This document shows, piece by piece, positions 7,964 to 17,820 of a stretch of 38,405 nt of DNA. The notes below the pieces were generated by a model that did not search any database, was not told the origin of the DNA, and saw only the letters and a list, made by a program, of their open reading frames with translations. The stretch is from Candidatus Woesearchaeota archaeon (GTDB lineage: Archaea > Nanobdellota > Nanobdellia > Pacearchaeales > GW2011-AR1), in the NCBI GenBank assembly GCA_964513665.1, contig CAZEOE010000002.1:1-38405 (forward strand), in the 5' to 3' direction. The translations under genes and the position numbers were made by a program. Every line of letters starts with the position of its first letter. Within the stretch, counting starts at the first letter, position 1.

Positions 7964-9760
7964 TTAGGTGGTCGCCAGTAATGCGACGTAAGGCGACTGC
8001 GTGTTAGTACCCTTGTAGGGGGTCAACGCGGAGTGGGTAGCGGGAGTGCCGTCCACGCGGTACGTGAACTTGAACGCCTGTTCGCTGGTCAACCACTGAA
8101 TCCAGGGGTTGACGCTGGATTGCACGCCGCCCTTTTCCCACATGAGATAGTCGCGCATGTTGGCAAGCAGGATGTCACCGGGTGAGCCAAGTCCTGCGTT
8201 GAACTCGGTCACAAACACGGGGCGACCCTTGACGCGCATGATGCCGTCGCTGCCGTAGGTGACGTAGCGCGGTTCGAGTGCTTCGGTCAAAACCAACTGG
8301 TCGAGTTGGGGTTCTGCTTCGCTGTTGACGAACCACGCGGACGTGGCGCGATGAGCAGGATGCAATCTCTGCCACATGTTGAGGATGTCGGCGTTGGAAA
8401 TTGAACTGGTCGCGGCGCGGGAGATTGAAATCAGCGCAGGCGATACCATGATGCCCTTTGGTTTTCCAACGCCGTCACCGTTTAAGATGGCATCGTTGAC
8501 CTTGAAGTTAATCGCCTCAGCCGCGCTTTCACGAGCGATTGCGGCGGTCATGGGGGCGTCCTGCAACTGTTCGTCGGTGATGTACATCAACGCTTCAAGT
8601 GCATTCAGTTCCCAATTGACGCGGCGGAATTTCGGTTTGGTAGCGGTCACGCTCCCAGCCTCAGCACGCCAATATGCCTGCACACCACCCCAGCGGCTAC
8701 CGTTGGCGCGGCTGGTTTCGTCAATGCCGTTAATCCAACCGCTGTTGGAGTTACTGCCAACGGGCAGGTAGCGAGCCATGCGGGAAAAGACACCTTCCTC
8801 ATGGATGGGCTTCAAAAATTCCGCGCTCACGGTGGGGGCAAGCAAAAATCCACCTTGCGAAGGCACGCCCTCATTCATGCCGAGCGGGGCTTTGATGGCA
8901 AGGGGTTTGAGTCGGGGGTCTGCGGTCTGCCCGAATGATTCGGCGTACGACTTCACAGCCCACAACTGGTCAGCGAGACTTTCAAAGGGGCGGTCTGCTT
9001 CATCAACAACAACCTCAATTTTCGCCTCGGTCTTGAATCCGGTTTTGACTTCCGGCATTTCGTCAGCCAATTTCTTTACCGCATCTTCTGCGGCTTTCGC
9101 GGAGGCGTTTGCAACGATTTCCGCGAGTTCTTCTTTAGTGAGTTCCATTTTGGTTTCCTCCGTAATTGGAATCGTTTTGGTTTCTTCCTCAGCAACCTCA
9201 CGCGCTCCCGCGCCCTGCTCGGTTGGAATCAGTGCCTTCAATGGTGTTACTGTGTTTCTCGGTTCTGCCGGGGTGGGGGTCAATGACGCTTCAGCGCAGT
9301 ACCATTGTGTGATGTGCCACGCCTTGCCGGTCTTTTCGCGGTCAACAACGTGAGTCGCCGCGCCGGATGACCATCCCAACTTTCCGCTTTTGGCAAGTTG
9401 AAAAATCTTTTCTTCGTACTCGTCACGCAGGGATAATTGCGCTTCCGCCCACAGACCAACGTCATCCGGTTTGACCGTCGCGCTTCCGATCTTGCGTTTG
9501 CCGATGGTCTTGTCAAATCCGTGATGATACAAAACGGGCAGTTTCTCCACGTCGCCAAAGTCGGTTGACTTCGTAAAATAATCCCCCGTCAGGTCGGGGT
9601 CGTTCTCAGTCGAGAAGCGCACAAGATACCCGCCGACTTTCCCGGTTTCATCAAGTGCCTTGATTTCGCCGCCGCCGAACGTCAGTATCTCTTGGTCAAG
9701 GATGGGGAATTCCCCGTTGTCATCCTTGACCTGCGTATCCCCCAAGTTTGTATCAGTCAT
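7964..9760 (-). CDS. prohead protease - major capsid protein fusion (HK97 type)
   Basis: N-terminal ~190 aa carry a protease-like pattern (GGYLVRFSTENDPDLTGDYF, YHHGFD). A Glu/Lys/Ala-rich linker follows. The C-terminal ~330 aa resemble HK97-fold capsid proteins. Confidence 0.8.
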   Translation of the reverse strand: MTDTNLGDTQVKDDNGEFPILDQEILTFGGGEIKALDETGKVGGYLVRFSTENDPDLTGDYFTKSTDFGDVEKLPVLYHHGFDKTIGKRKIGSATVKPDDVGLWAEAQLSLRDEYEEKIFQLAKSGKLGWSSGAATHVVDREKTGKAWHITQWYCAEASLTPTPAEPRNTVTPLKALIPTEQGAGAREVAEEETKTIPITEETKMELTKEELAEIVANASAKAAEDAVKKLADEMPEVKTGFKTEAKIEVVVDEADRPFESLADQLWAVKSYAESFGQTADPRLKPLAIKAPLGMNEGVPSQGGFLLAPTVSAEFLKPIHEEGVFSRMARYLPVGSNSNSGWINGIDETSRANGSRWGGVQAYWRAEAGSVTATKPKFRRVNWELNALEALMYITDEQLQDAPMTAAIARESAAEAINFKVNDAILNGDGVGKPKGIMVSPALISISRAATSSISNADILNMWQRLHPAHRATSAWFVNSEAEPQLDQLVLTEALEPRYVTYGSDGIMRVKGRPVFVTEFNAGLGSPGDILLANMRDYLMWEKGGVQSSVNPWIQWLTSEQAFKFTYRVDGTPATHSALTPYKGTNTQSPYVALLATT

Positions 9761-9870
9761 ATTGTCCTCCCAAACAAAAACAGTCCAAGCGTCACCGTTT
9801 CCAGTTCGCTTAGACCGTCTATGCTCTAGGTCGTGCCCGCCGCGTTACGCCAGCGGGTTAGGTTGTCTAT

Positions 9871-9899
9871 CTTATACCATAAAAAACAATTATTAGGTA
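9871..9899 (-). promoter_or_regulatory. candidate extended -10 promoter upstream of the capsid gene
   Basis: The minus strand reads TGGTATAAG (TGn + TATAAG) inside the AT-rich core of the 340-nt noncoding gap 9761-10102. The -35 is poor. Confidence 0.25.
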
Positions 9900-10102
9900 G
9901 TAATTATTTATCCGAGCAACCACTGCGACCAATCAAAACCGTCGCTTTTGACTATGTTTACACATACCCAATCACACGCCCCATAGGCAACATCCCTATA
10001 TTCCATCAACAGGCATGAGTCATGTTCGTGTAATACCGCCCGTGTTCCGAGATTGTTCTTAATTGCCACTCTTGTTATAAAAATAGTATTCATTGCGTTC
10101 CT

Positions 10103-10381
10103 TTACAAATCTATTTCTTCAATCTTAAACCCATCTGATAAAACGGAAGTTTTCCCCTTTGAAAATAAAGGGGTTGATATTTTGCCAGTCGCAATTTTCA
10201 CCCGCAGTTTTGTAAACTTTTTTTCTTTTACATCCCAAACAGCCGAATCAATTACACCATCAACCATAAAATGTGATGTTATAGTCGTTGCGGTACTTTG
10301 TAAATCAAGCATGCGTTTTTCCATGTCACCGCGTACTAACTCAAAACAGTTTTTTATATATTCTTCCATTTCGGGACTCAT
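10103..10381 (-). CDS. hypothetical protein
   Basis: 92-aa ORF co-oriented in the head module. Confidence 0.45.
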   Translation of the reverse strand: MSPEMEEYIKNCFELVRGDMEKRMLDLQSTATTITSHFMVDGVIDSAVWDVKEKKFTKLRVKIATGKISTPLFSKGKTSVLSDGFKIEEIDL

Positions 10382-10411
10382 GTTGTACCTTTCTGCTCAG
10401 CGCCCATTATA

Positions 10412-10882
10412 TCACTTTTTCCTATTTTTTATCCATGCGTCAACCGCCTGTTGCATCGCTTGTATCATGCCTTTCATATTGTCCTCAATGACCTTGCCAA
10501 CCTGGCGCCACTTGTCGGCGGCGTGTCCGCGTTGCTGGTCATCGCCAACGACGTATTTAGCATACGGGACAGAGTTGACGACCTTGCTGTTTACTCCGTC
10601 CTCTATCTGCGCCCATCCGTCCGCAAGTCTGTTTTTTCGCGTGTACGGTATCCCCTCTCCAAATCCTTTTGTGGCAAAATACGCCCTGCGCTGTTTCTCG
10701 CTCTGCCACTGGTACGGGTTGTTTTCGCCGTGCTGTACCCGTTTTGGATAATGCTTCAACCCGCGCCTATCATTGCCAATGAGATACTTACCGCCTGCCT
10801 TCGTCGCTTCGCCGCGTGCGTTGCGGGGCAGGGATGATATGAATTCCTTGAACTCCTCAAGGTACCTGACTTTGATTTGCAT
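10412..10882 (-). CDS. hypothetical protein (head module)
   Basis: 156-aa ORF whose start abuts the stop of 10882-11556. Confidence 0.5.
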   Translation of the reverse strand: MQIKVRYLEEFKEFISSLPRNARGEATKAGGKYLIGNDRRGLKHYPKRVQHGENNPYQWQSEKQRRAYFATKGFGEGIPYTRKNRLADGWAQIEDGVNSKVVNSVPYAKYVVGDDQQRGHAADKWRQVGKVIEDNMKGMIQAMQQAVDAWIKNRKK

Positions 10883-11556
10883 TAGTACCCCAACCGTGAT
10901 AATCCGCCGCGCGTCCTGCGCTCTGTCGTTGACGTGAGAGAGCAGTCACATTTCCACCCGCCACAGGTGAGCAAATTATTTGGGGCAGACTGGGGTCGTA
11001 ATCCCGCCCGCTCCCATTCGGACGCATAATCCACTACGTTGTTTAGTTTGGAGCATGTGTCACAGTGTTGTTCTGTCGCGCCGAGTTGCCACTTCAACTT
11101 CCCGCCGTTCTGTTTTGTTATCAATGCGATGGCGTTATTATATGCTTCGTTGTACCTGTTCGCCCATAGTTCAGCGCGCTTTAACAGCGGTTCGAGCGGG
11201 GTTTTATCAATCCGCGCATCCACAATGTCGCGGTAATACTGGTCAACATACGCATACTGTGAGACTATCGCGCTATTGGCGGCGGTCTCCAGATAGGCGG
11301 GCATCGGCGGGTCGAATCCTTCGTCAGTCCATGCTTGCAGATACGCCCTGCTTATCTGCCCCTGTACCAGGTTCGCCATGATGTCCACGAAGGAGCCTCC
11401 AAGATTTCCCATGTATACGTTAGTCACCATACGTCCTAGAGTCGTTAGGAAAAAGTCGTATGACTTCCACCCAAACAGATATTCCCGCGCCTGTGGTGAT
11501 AAGTGCGGGATGACGGCAGGGTATTTTTCTACTGCAACATTCAGATCAACTTTCAT
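10882..11556 (-). CDS. minor head protein, Mu F / SPP1 gp7-like
   Basis: Directly follows the portal gene. C-terminal Cys cluster CDTC...CGGWKCDC, as seen in F-like head morphogenesis proteins. Confidence 0.6.
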   Translation of the reverse strand: MKVDLNVAVEKYPAVIPHLSPQAREYLFGWKSYDFFLTTLGRMVTNVYMGNLGGSFVDIMANLVQGQISRAYLQAWTDEGFDPPMPAYLETAANSAIVSQYAYVDQYYRDIVDARIDKTPLEPLLKRAELWANRYNEAYNNAIALITKQNGGKLKWQLGATEQHCDTCSKLNNVVDYASEWERAGLRPQSAPNNLLTCGGWKCDCSLTSTTERRTRGGLSRLGY

Positions 11557-13033
11557 TGACTGCCCTGTTTATGGCGTCCGCTAAAATCAGGATGTCATTG
11601 GGTTCTTCGGTAATCTCGAACGCAGATTTTACTTCGTCAGGCGTGGCGGCGTACTGTAATCGCTTGCGGATGATCTCGGCGTGGCGCTCGTCCATGTGTT
11701 CCGTCTTGAATTCAAACGTGACGGGTTTGCCGCGCTTTGCCAGTCGTACCGCCTTACGCCTCCAATTGTCCATCTCCTCCCATGCTTTCGCGGGCATTTC
11801 GTCATCATCTTCATCAAGAACTGCCTCGGCGTCACCCTGCGGTTTGGCGATGGTCGGTTGTTCGTCCGGTTTGATTACGTTTTTATCCAAGTCTGCATAC
11901 TCCATTCCCTGCGGTAAATCAATGCCAAGAATTTGAGCGGCAACACTTGGCAACATGCCGCTGATAACGTATTGATGATACGCCTGTGACCTGTGCATTT
12001 CTTCATCTTGTGACGGTTCTGCCGCCTCAGGGCGAAACTCGAATCTGTACCCTCTCGGTACAAATATCTCGTCGTTCATGACTTCCTGCATCCAATACGC
12101 CCAAGGGGTGATACTGTCCCGAAACCATGATGCGTATTCCGTTTGCGCTGTGGCATAACTGGCAGAGTTGGACAGGAGCAGGGATAACGGCATCCCCGCC
12201 GCCATTGCGATATTCTCAATCGCCTGCCGATAAACGGGACTGTCTTTTATATCGCCCAATCCGTCGCCGATCTGCTTCACGTCCATCGTCTCTGCGTTGA
12301 TAACCTTTGCCAGTTCGGAAAGACGTGTACCAAGTGAGCGCACAAACCGAGACCAACTGGACTGCAATTCATCCTTCTTATCGTTGATGACCATGCCCTT
12401 GACCGCCAGTACAGTAGGGCGTACCGCGCCGCGCTCAAAGTAGTTTTTTGTCCACCAGTCGGCGGCATAGATTATCCCCGCCGCTTGCGACATCGCTTGA
12501 AACTCCGTATTGTCAGACGGCAGTAATTCTGTGGTGTGGTCATGCCGCCAAAACTTGATAAGGTTCTTGTCGTCCGGTTTGTAGGTCTGTACGACAATCC
12601 CGTCTATCTCACGGTTGAATTGTTTTATCGAACCCGTCACGGGGTCGGTGATTACTTTTATCGTGTCCGGCACAACGTAGAATATTTCTCTTTTGACGGG
12701 GTTTGTTTTTGCCACCCGTCCATACGCGGAATTGGTCATGAACAGGGACAACCGCCACAACCGAATTAACTCTTTCGGTTTCGGCATTATTCCGATGGTG
12801 TTTTTCCAGTCGGCGGACGTGTCTATTTCCTGACTGCCTTTGAGTACGGCAAACGGGATTGACGCGGTTGCGTCCGCTGTCAAGTTCATGGCACGATACA
12901 CCGCCGATACTTTCGCGGCAACGTCCCCGCCCTCCATTTTTTTGAGTGCTTCCACAAAGTCCCAACTGTCGCGGATGGGGTTCGAGAAGTCCACCGCTTT
13001 TGTGTTTTTGCCGTTCGTGACAATGTATCTCAT
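11546..13033 (-). CDS. portal protein
   Basis: 495-aa ORF immediately downstream of terL. Size, position and the acidic C-terminal region fit a portal protein. Confidence 0.75.
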   Translation of the reverse strand: MRYIVTNGKNTKAVDFSNPIRDSWDFVEALKKMEGGDVAAKVSAVYRAMNLTADATASIPFAVLKGSQEIDTSADWKNTIGIMPKPKELIRLWRLSLFMTNSAYGRVAKTNPVKREIFYVVPDTIKVITDPVTGSIKQFNREIDGIVVQTYKPDDKNLIKFWRHDHTTELLPSDNTEFQAMSQAAGIIYAADWWTKNYFERGAVRPTVLAVKGMVINDKKDELQSSWSRFVRSLGTRLSELAKVINAETMDVKQIGDGLGDIKDSPVYRQAIENIAMAAGMPLSLLLSNSASYATAQTEYASWFRDSITPWAYWMQEVMNDEIFVPRGYRFEFRPEAAEPSQDEEMHRSQAYHQYVISGMLPSVAAQILGIDLPQGMEYADLDKNVIKPDEQPTIAKPQGDAEAVLDEDDDEMPAKAWEEMDNWRRKAVRLAKRGKPVTFEFKTEHMDERHAEIIRKRLQYAATPDEVKSAFEITEEPNDILILADAINRAVNES

Positions 13034-13040
13034 AATCCCT

Positions 13041-14237
13041 CTATATCATGTACCAGTCGTTCGAGTTTGCCCCACTCCACGCCAACGCCAACGCCATGAC
13101 GGTATCATCGTGCATCCCATCCGGCGCGGAATATCTGACCAGCCCTGTTGTTGAGCGTATCGCCTCATACGCCATAAGTTCCACCTTTTGAGTAGCATCG
13201 TCAAGTAGTTGGAGATCTTCATTCTCGAATGCCAGTTCGAGACTTTGGATAATCTCCGCCTTGCTTGCGTTGGTGGTCGTAAATCCCCTGACGTTCAACC
13301 CCAGCATTTGCAACGCTTCCACGTTGGGCGCGCCCATGCTGTTTAGTTCTGCAAGGATGCTTGCGCTATTATACCTGTCTGCGAGTGATTTTAGGCGCAA
13401 TCTCTGACTGGCATAATCCGTGTTCGTCATCCTGTCAAGGTACACCTGTCTTTTGTTTTCCAAGTCCAGCACGCTAAAAACCGTCGCGTCGTTTGTCCGC
13501 CCCCAGTCCACGCCGATAACGTATTGACTCCCTTCCTGCGGTTCTTGCGGTTGCAACGTGGATAATTTTGTAATGTTCCTGAATATCGAACCATCGTCTA
13601 CAAATTCGGCGTTCCATTCCTGCTTGAATGTCCGTTCCGGTACCCGTGTTTTTGCCAGGTCATACGCTTTTTTTATCTGCGGCATCGGGTTTGCACTGCT
13701 GGGGGCAGTCCATGACGCATACCCATCACCGCCGCTTTGACCACGTATAAACTCGTAATAAAACCAGTTCTTTCCCTTTGGCGTGCTGATTAGTATTTCG
13801 TCGCCGTCCGCATCTGCCAAAGTGGGTCTGACTGCGTCCTGCCATCCTTCCTCTGAGATACGCGCCGCTTCATCACCTACCACAAGGTTGAACGCTTCTG
13901 ATCGGATGCTGTCTATGTTCTCGGCGGAGTAAATCCCAAAAAATCCACCGCCGTGCGTGGTAATTACTCGTTCCGATTTGCTGATACTCATGTATCCCGC
14001 TTGCGCTAGGGGGGCGCATACCCCCGCCGCGTATCTCCACAGACTGCGCCCGTTTTTGTAGGCTGGTACTATCCATGCCGCGCGTCCGTGTTGCCTGAGT
14101 ACGTTCATGGTCACCACGCCGCCCATTACCGTCTTTCCCCACCTGCGCCCCATAGATAGTATTTTTATCTTGGACGGGTCGGCAACTATGGCGGATTGGT
14201 CACTCCTCAGTTTTGGTAAGTCCAGAGCGATAGTCAA
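13041..14237 (-). CDS. terL: terminase large subunit
   Basis: Walker A GRRWGKT, Walker B LVVGDEA, and a C-terminal nuclease-like region (VIGVDWGRTNDATV). Confidence 0.9.
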   Translation of the reverse strand: MTIALDLPKLRSDQSAIVADPSKIKILSMGRRWGKTVMGGVVTMNVLRQHGRAAWIVPAYKNGRSLWRYAAGVCAPLAQAGYMSISKSERVITTHGGGFFGIYSAENIDSIRSEAFNLVVGDEAARISEEGWQDAVRPTLADADGDEILISTPKGKNWFYYEFIRGQSGGDGYASWTAPSSANPMPQIKKAYDLAKTRVPERTFKQEWNAEFVDDGSIFRNITKLSTLQPQEPQEGSQYVIGVDWGRTNDATVFSVLDLENKRQVYLDRMTNTDYASQRLRLKSLADRYNSASILAELNSMGAPNVEALQMLGLNVRGFTTTNASKAEIIQSLELAFENEDLQLLDDATQKVELMAYEAIRSTTGLVRYSAPDGMHDDTVMALALAWSGANSNDWYMI

Positions 14238-14595
14238 CTGGGTTTATTCCTATCTCAAGCGTTTTACCGCCGCTGGTCACGTCAACGTTATCACCCCATT
14301 CGTTACGGCGGCGGCGTTTCAGCCATTCCAGCGCGGCTTTCCAGTCACCCTTTGCGGCGGCGGATTGGATGACACGTACCATGTTTACTTCACATTGCGC
14401 GTTTGCCGTCTCCAGAGCCTCGGAAAACTCCCTGTAAATACCGCTCTTTGCTTCTCTGCCCTTCTTCATCCACTCGTTGAAGGTGTCATAATGGATACCA
14501 CCAGAACGGGCTGCGGATTGGTACGATGCGCCGTGAAGTACGGCATTGGATACCAATTCGATGATTTCAGGGGTAATTTTGCTAGGGCGTGCCAT
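14200..14595 (-). CDS. terS: terminase small subunit (HTH)
   Basis: MARPSKITPEIIELVSNAVLHGASYQSAARSGGIHYDTFNEWMKKG is an HTH N-terminus typical of small terminases. It overlaps the terL start. ATG 14595 is preferred to the TTG at 14631. Confidence 0.6.
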   Translation of the reverse strand: MARPSKITPEIIELVSNAVLHGASYQSAARSGGIHYDTFNEWMKKGREAKSGIYREFSEALETANAQCEVNMVRVIQSAAAKGDWKAALEWLKRRRRNEWGDNVDVTSGGKTLEIGINPVDYRSGLTKTEE

Positions 14596-15808
14596 TTTCC
14601 ACCAGTTCGGGCTGTATTCCTGTGGCGTCAAACCATCTTTGCAGGATGACAGCCCCGTAATTGGGACTTATCTCCATTGCGTAACAGCGGCGGTTTAGGT
14701 TGTGGGCGGCAATGATGGTTGTGCCACTGCCACAAAACCAATCCGCCACAATGTCACCCGATAACGAAAAAGTCTCTACTGCCATTGTCAACAGTCCAAC
14801 GGGCTTCTGTGTAGCGTGTTCATAGTCAGCCGCCGCGTCTTTATTCACGCCCCACACAGACCCGATGCGCTTTCCTTTTATAGTTTCGCCACGTCCATAA
14901 GCCAGAATTATCTCATAGTCCGTCAACAGACTATGAGATAAGTCGCCCATTCCACCTCCGCCCTTGTCCCATATAATCATATTGTCTAGAGTTCCCAATC
15001 CAGAGCAAATTTCAATCCACTCTCTAACCACTTTCCAAGACGTACACACTAAAGCCCATCCATCAGAAAATAATTTCATGTTAGGTATAAAATCTATAAA
15101 CTTATCGTCATTCTCTAGTACTTCAAACTTCTTACTTTTCGTTCTCATATTACTTTGGTATTCGTAACCATAAGGCGGGTCACTAAAGTTTAGTTGCGCC
15201 CTCTCCCCGCCCATCAAACGTTCCACGTTCTCCCGCACGGTACAGTCACCGATTAGCAAGCGATGCTCCCCAAGCCTCCAAAGTTGACCTGTGCTAGTCT
15301 GCCATTTCTCCGCCAACTCTGCGGCGCGGTCTATCTGTGGTTCGGCGTCCACTTTCTCGGCGTTCTCACTATTCAGTAACTCTTTCAGGTTGGTAACATC
15401 ATTTGACCAACCGGACAATGTTTCTTTGTCCATCCCCCACTCTCGCAAATCCGCCGCGCTCCACGATGACAGCGCATCCCATGACCATGAACCTGTGGCG
15501 GTGTGCAGGAGTACGGATACCTTTTTGCGCTCATCGTCTGTAAGCATACGGTTAGATTGCAGAGCAGTAACTTCATACGACGGGTCTTTTATCGTCATCC
15601 ACGCCGATACTCTCTGATGACCGTCATATAAGTGGACGCGACTATCGTCTGTGAATGGGGATACTGCCAGCGTTTGGATTTGTCCTAATTCCCGCTCGGA
15701 CTTGATAAGTCTTTGCGCTTGTGCCTTTGTGGACATGCGCGGGTTGTCTTGCCATGCAATAATCTGTCCCAATCTTATCTTGACAGGCGTCCACACTAAA
15801 TCACTCAT
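14582..15808 (-). CDS. ParB-like nuclease domain / DNA (N6-Ade or N4-Cyt) methyltransferase fusion
   Basis: LYDGHQR ParB-type motif, NFSDPPYGY catalytic motif and FCGSGTT AdoMet motif. ATG 15808 has GGGAG upstream and is preferred to the tool start at 15922. Confidence 0.85.
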   Translation of the reverse strand: MSDLVWTPVKIRLGQIIAWQDNPRMSTKAQAQRLIKSERELGQIQTLAVSPFTDDSRVHLYDGHQRVSAWMTIKDPSYEVTALQSNRMLTDDERKKVSVLLHTATGSWSWDALSSWSAADLREWGMDKETLSGWSNDVTNLKELLNSENAEKVDAEPQIDRAAELAEKWQTSTGQLWRLGEHRLLIGDCTVRENVERLMGGERAQLNFSDPPYGYEYQSNMRTKSKKFEVLENDDKFIDFIPNMKLFSDGWALVCTSWKVVREWIEICSGLGTLDNMIIWDKGGGGMGDLSHSLLTDYEIILAYGRGETIKGKRIGSVWGVNKDAAADYEHATQKPVGLLTMAVETFSLSGDIVADWFCGSGTTIIAAHNLNRRCYAMEISPNYGAVILQRWFDATGIQPELVENGTP

Positions 15809-16019
15809 ACCCGCGCTCCCAAAATTCGGGGTCTTCAAAATCGTGCGCCGTTTTGATGGGACTGCCCTCATCCCGTTCGGCGTACACTTTGGCGGCAAAT
15901 CCGTCACTGAGACAGACGCCAAATAGACCGTCCGCGTCTGCCTGCCAAAAGCGGCAGAAGTTGCATTGTTTAGGTGTGGGGATTATTCCCGCGTAGGTTT
16001 CCGGTATCATTGGGGGCAT
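15801..16019 (-). CDS. hypothetical small protein
   Basis: 72-aa ORF that overlaps the methyltransferase start by 8 nt. Confidence 0.4.
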   Translation of the reverse strand: MPPMIPETYAGIIPTPKQCNFCRFWQADADGLFGVCLSDGFAAKVYAERDEGSPIKTAHDFEDPEFWERGYE

Positions 16020-16080
16020 TGTATCATAAAATTCAACGACTGAATTTTGCTTTTTCGGGGAATAACTGTCTGCCTTTCTA

Positions 16081-16094
16081 CCGATACGTATCGG
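16081..16094. promoter_or_regulatory. palindromic motif CCGATACGTATCGG, copy 1
   Basis: Perfect 14-bp palindrome in the intergenic gap 16020-16094. The identical 14-mer recurs at 22699 and 29137, with one-mismatch variants at 27355 and 31008. Confidence 0.6.
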
Positions 16095-16988
16095 TTACAA
16101 CTCCATCACCATTGCAGGGTGGATGCGAATATCGCCGGACGCGGATACCTCAAAGAATGACAGACCAATATCATTTCGCTGAAATGGCGCGACGCGATAG
16201 GCGTACCGCGTTTTGACCTGCCACGACGGTAAAATCATGCCGTGTAATGTATGCCAGTCCTGTACATAGGTTTGATAGATTGGTTTGTGGACGTGGGCAG
16301 AAACGATCATGTCGGGTACTTTCGCGCCCCTTTTGATTCTGTTCCAATACAGGCGTTTTAACCAGTTGCGATACCCATCCCCCTCCGTCGCTCCGTCTCC
16401 GGCGTTTGCGCCGTGATGCGTAAACCAGAGTTCCCGCCCGTTGACCGTTATACAAAGTTCGTGGTAGGCGTAATAATTCTTCCCGTTTTGGGTCGTGGCA
16501 ATCTCCGCGCCGAGTTCGTCCGCTATGAAGTTTTCAATCGTCAGTGTGTGCGATTCTGTACCTTCCACATAGTACAGTTTGTCCCCTGCTCGTTTGGAAA
16601 ATCCCACGTCTTTCAACATGCCACGCATCAACTCAAGATGGATTTCGGCATGGTCTTCGATGGACGGCGACATGACCTGAGTTATGTTGTGATGCAGGTT
16701 TTCGGTTGCGTCTCCGTCATTGACGATTATCAACCGTTTGCCTTTTCTAGCGCCGGCGATTGCTTTTATGCAGGTCTGCCAATGGTCATGTATTTTGGTT
16801 TGTAGATCTGACGGTACTGCTTTTATTTCGGATTTCGGAAGATACATTGCTTTGTCTGGAAACAGGGCGCGGGATGAACCGCTGTGCATGTCGCTTAGGG
16901 CGACGATAAGAGTATCTTTATCCAAGAGATTTTCCCTTCTTTTGTTGGGTCTTTGGTTTCGCCATTGCGTTGATCTTCTGTATCGCAA
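16095..16988 (-). CDS. calcineurin-like metallophosphoesterase
   Basis: Motifs SDMHSGS, NDGDATEN, GTESH, HHGAN and SAHVH occur in the canonical order. An alternative TTG start at 16925 would remove the 71-nt overlap with the upstream ORF. Confidence 0.75.
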   Translation of the reverse strand: MRYRRSTQWRNQRPNKRRENLLDKDTLIVALSDMHSGSSRALFPDKAMYLPKSEIKAVPSDLQTKIHDHWQTCIKAIAGARKGKRLIIVNDGDATENLHHNITQVMSPSIEDHAEIHLELMRGMLKDVGFSKRAGDKLYYVEGTESHTLTIENFIADELGAEIATTQNGKNYYAYHELCITVNGRELWFTHHGANAGDGATEGDGYRNWLKRLYWNRIKRGAKVPDMIVSAHVHKPIYQTYVQDWHTLHGMILPSWQVKTRYAYRVAPFQRNDIGLSFFEVSASGDIRIHPAMVMEL

Positions 16989-17427
16989 TCCGCCCGCCCT
17001 TGAAATAGTCCGCCTGTTCTGATTTTATCGCGCTGATTTCCCTGCTCATGATGCCGATCTGGAGCGTCATGGTAGAAAGTCCGTCTGCAATGCGTTCGAT
17101 GTATTTGTTCATCGCCTCCAGTGCCATTGCGTTGCGGTTGTCTATGATGGTGTCGCGTTCGGCAAGTTCGCGTTTGAGTTGGATTTCCCGCTCGGCAATC
17201 TCGCGTTTGAATTCAAACTCGCGCTTTTCCACCTCACGACGATATGCGCTTTCCTCCGCCCGCACCTGATCGGCGGTTTTTCTGCGCTCCACCTTTTCAC
17301 CATAAAACGACGGGAATACTATTTTCATCAACCAGGGGAGACCTTCTCGAAATAAAAAAACAATTGCTACCACCAATAGGTCTCTTGTTGTTATCGCTTC
17401 CATAAACCTCCATTTTGCCCGCCCCAC
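16918..17427 (-). CDS. membrane-anchored coiled-coil protein
   Basis: N-terminal hydrophobic helix (LLVVAIVFLF) followed by a charged heptad-like region. Confidence 0.5.
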   Translation of the reverse strand: MGRAKWRFMEAITTRDLLVVAIVFLFREGLPWLMKIVFPSFYGEKVERRKTADQVRAEESAYRREVEKREFEFKREIAEREIQLKRELAERDTIIDNRNAMALEAMNKYIERIADGLSTMTLQIGIMSREISAIKSEQADYFKGGRIAIQKINAMAKPKTQQKKGKSLG

Positions 17428-17493
17428 GCGCTGTACCTAGCGTTCACATTGCGCGGAGCATTTCGGGGGCGGGCAGGGATACGGTTAGTCCGT

Positions 17494-17793
17494 TTATCCT
17501 TTCGCGGAACCTTTGCCGACGAAGTTATCGTACACGCCGAACGCGGCGAGCAGGACGACCACGAGTCGCAAAACCGAGTTCGCAACGGCGGCAAATTCAA
17601 CAGGGACATTACTCAGTGCGGCATTTGCAAACACCAGCACCGCCGCCACTACGGACGCCGTGACCTGCGCGGCAAATCCTTCGAGCGGGTAATTCAGCAT
17701 TTCGCCCAGCGACTTCAACACCTGGGTGATGATGACGGTCAGGAACACTGACAGAAGGGCGATCAACTCTTGGGGGATTTCGATATATTCCAT
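17494..17793 (-). CDS. small multi-pass membrane protein (holin-like)
   Basis: 99 aa with about three hydrophobic segments. AAGGAGAA SD upstream. Function is not proven. Confidence 0.5.
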   Translation of the reverse strand: MEYIEIPQELIALLSVFLTVIITQVLKSLGEMLNYPLEGFAAQVTASVVAAVLVFANAALSNVPVEFAAVANSVLRLVVVLLAAFGVYDNFVGKGSAKG

Positions 17794-17820
17794 TTTTGTT
17801 CTCCTTGTAACTTCTTATAC

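Noticed and set aside
8376-9353. Plus-strand ORFs 8376-8771 and 8778-9353 (and similar ones at 352-843, 10053-10751 and 23177-23749)
   Set aside because: They lie opposite long, motif-supported minus-strand genes. Their Ser/Ala/Arg-rich composition is typical of antisense frames in GC-balanced DNA.
9668-9680. GCCGCCGAAC (identical to the commonest cassette R'') inside the capsid/protease gene
   Set aside because: No adjacent GCGT/ACCTG arms or partner GTT site. It encodes FGGG, and a single 10-mer match in GC-rich coding DNA is compatible with chance.
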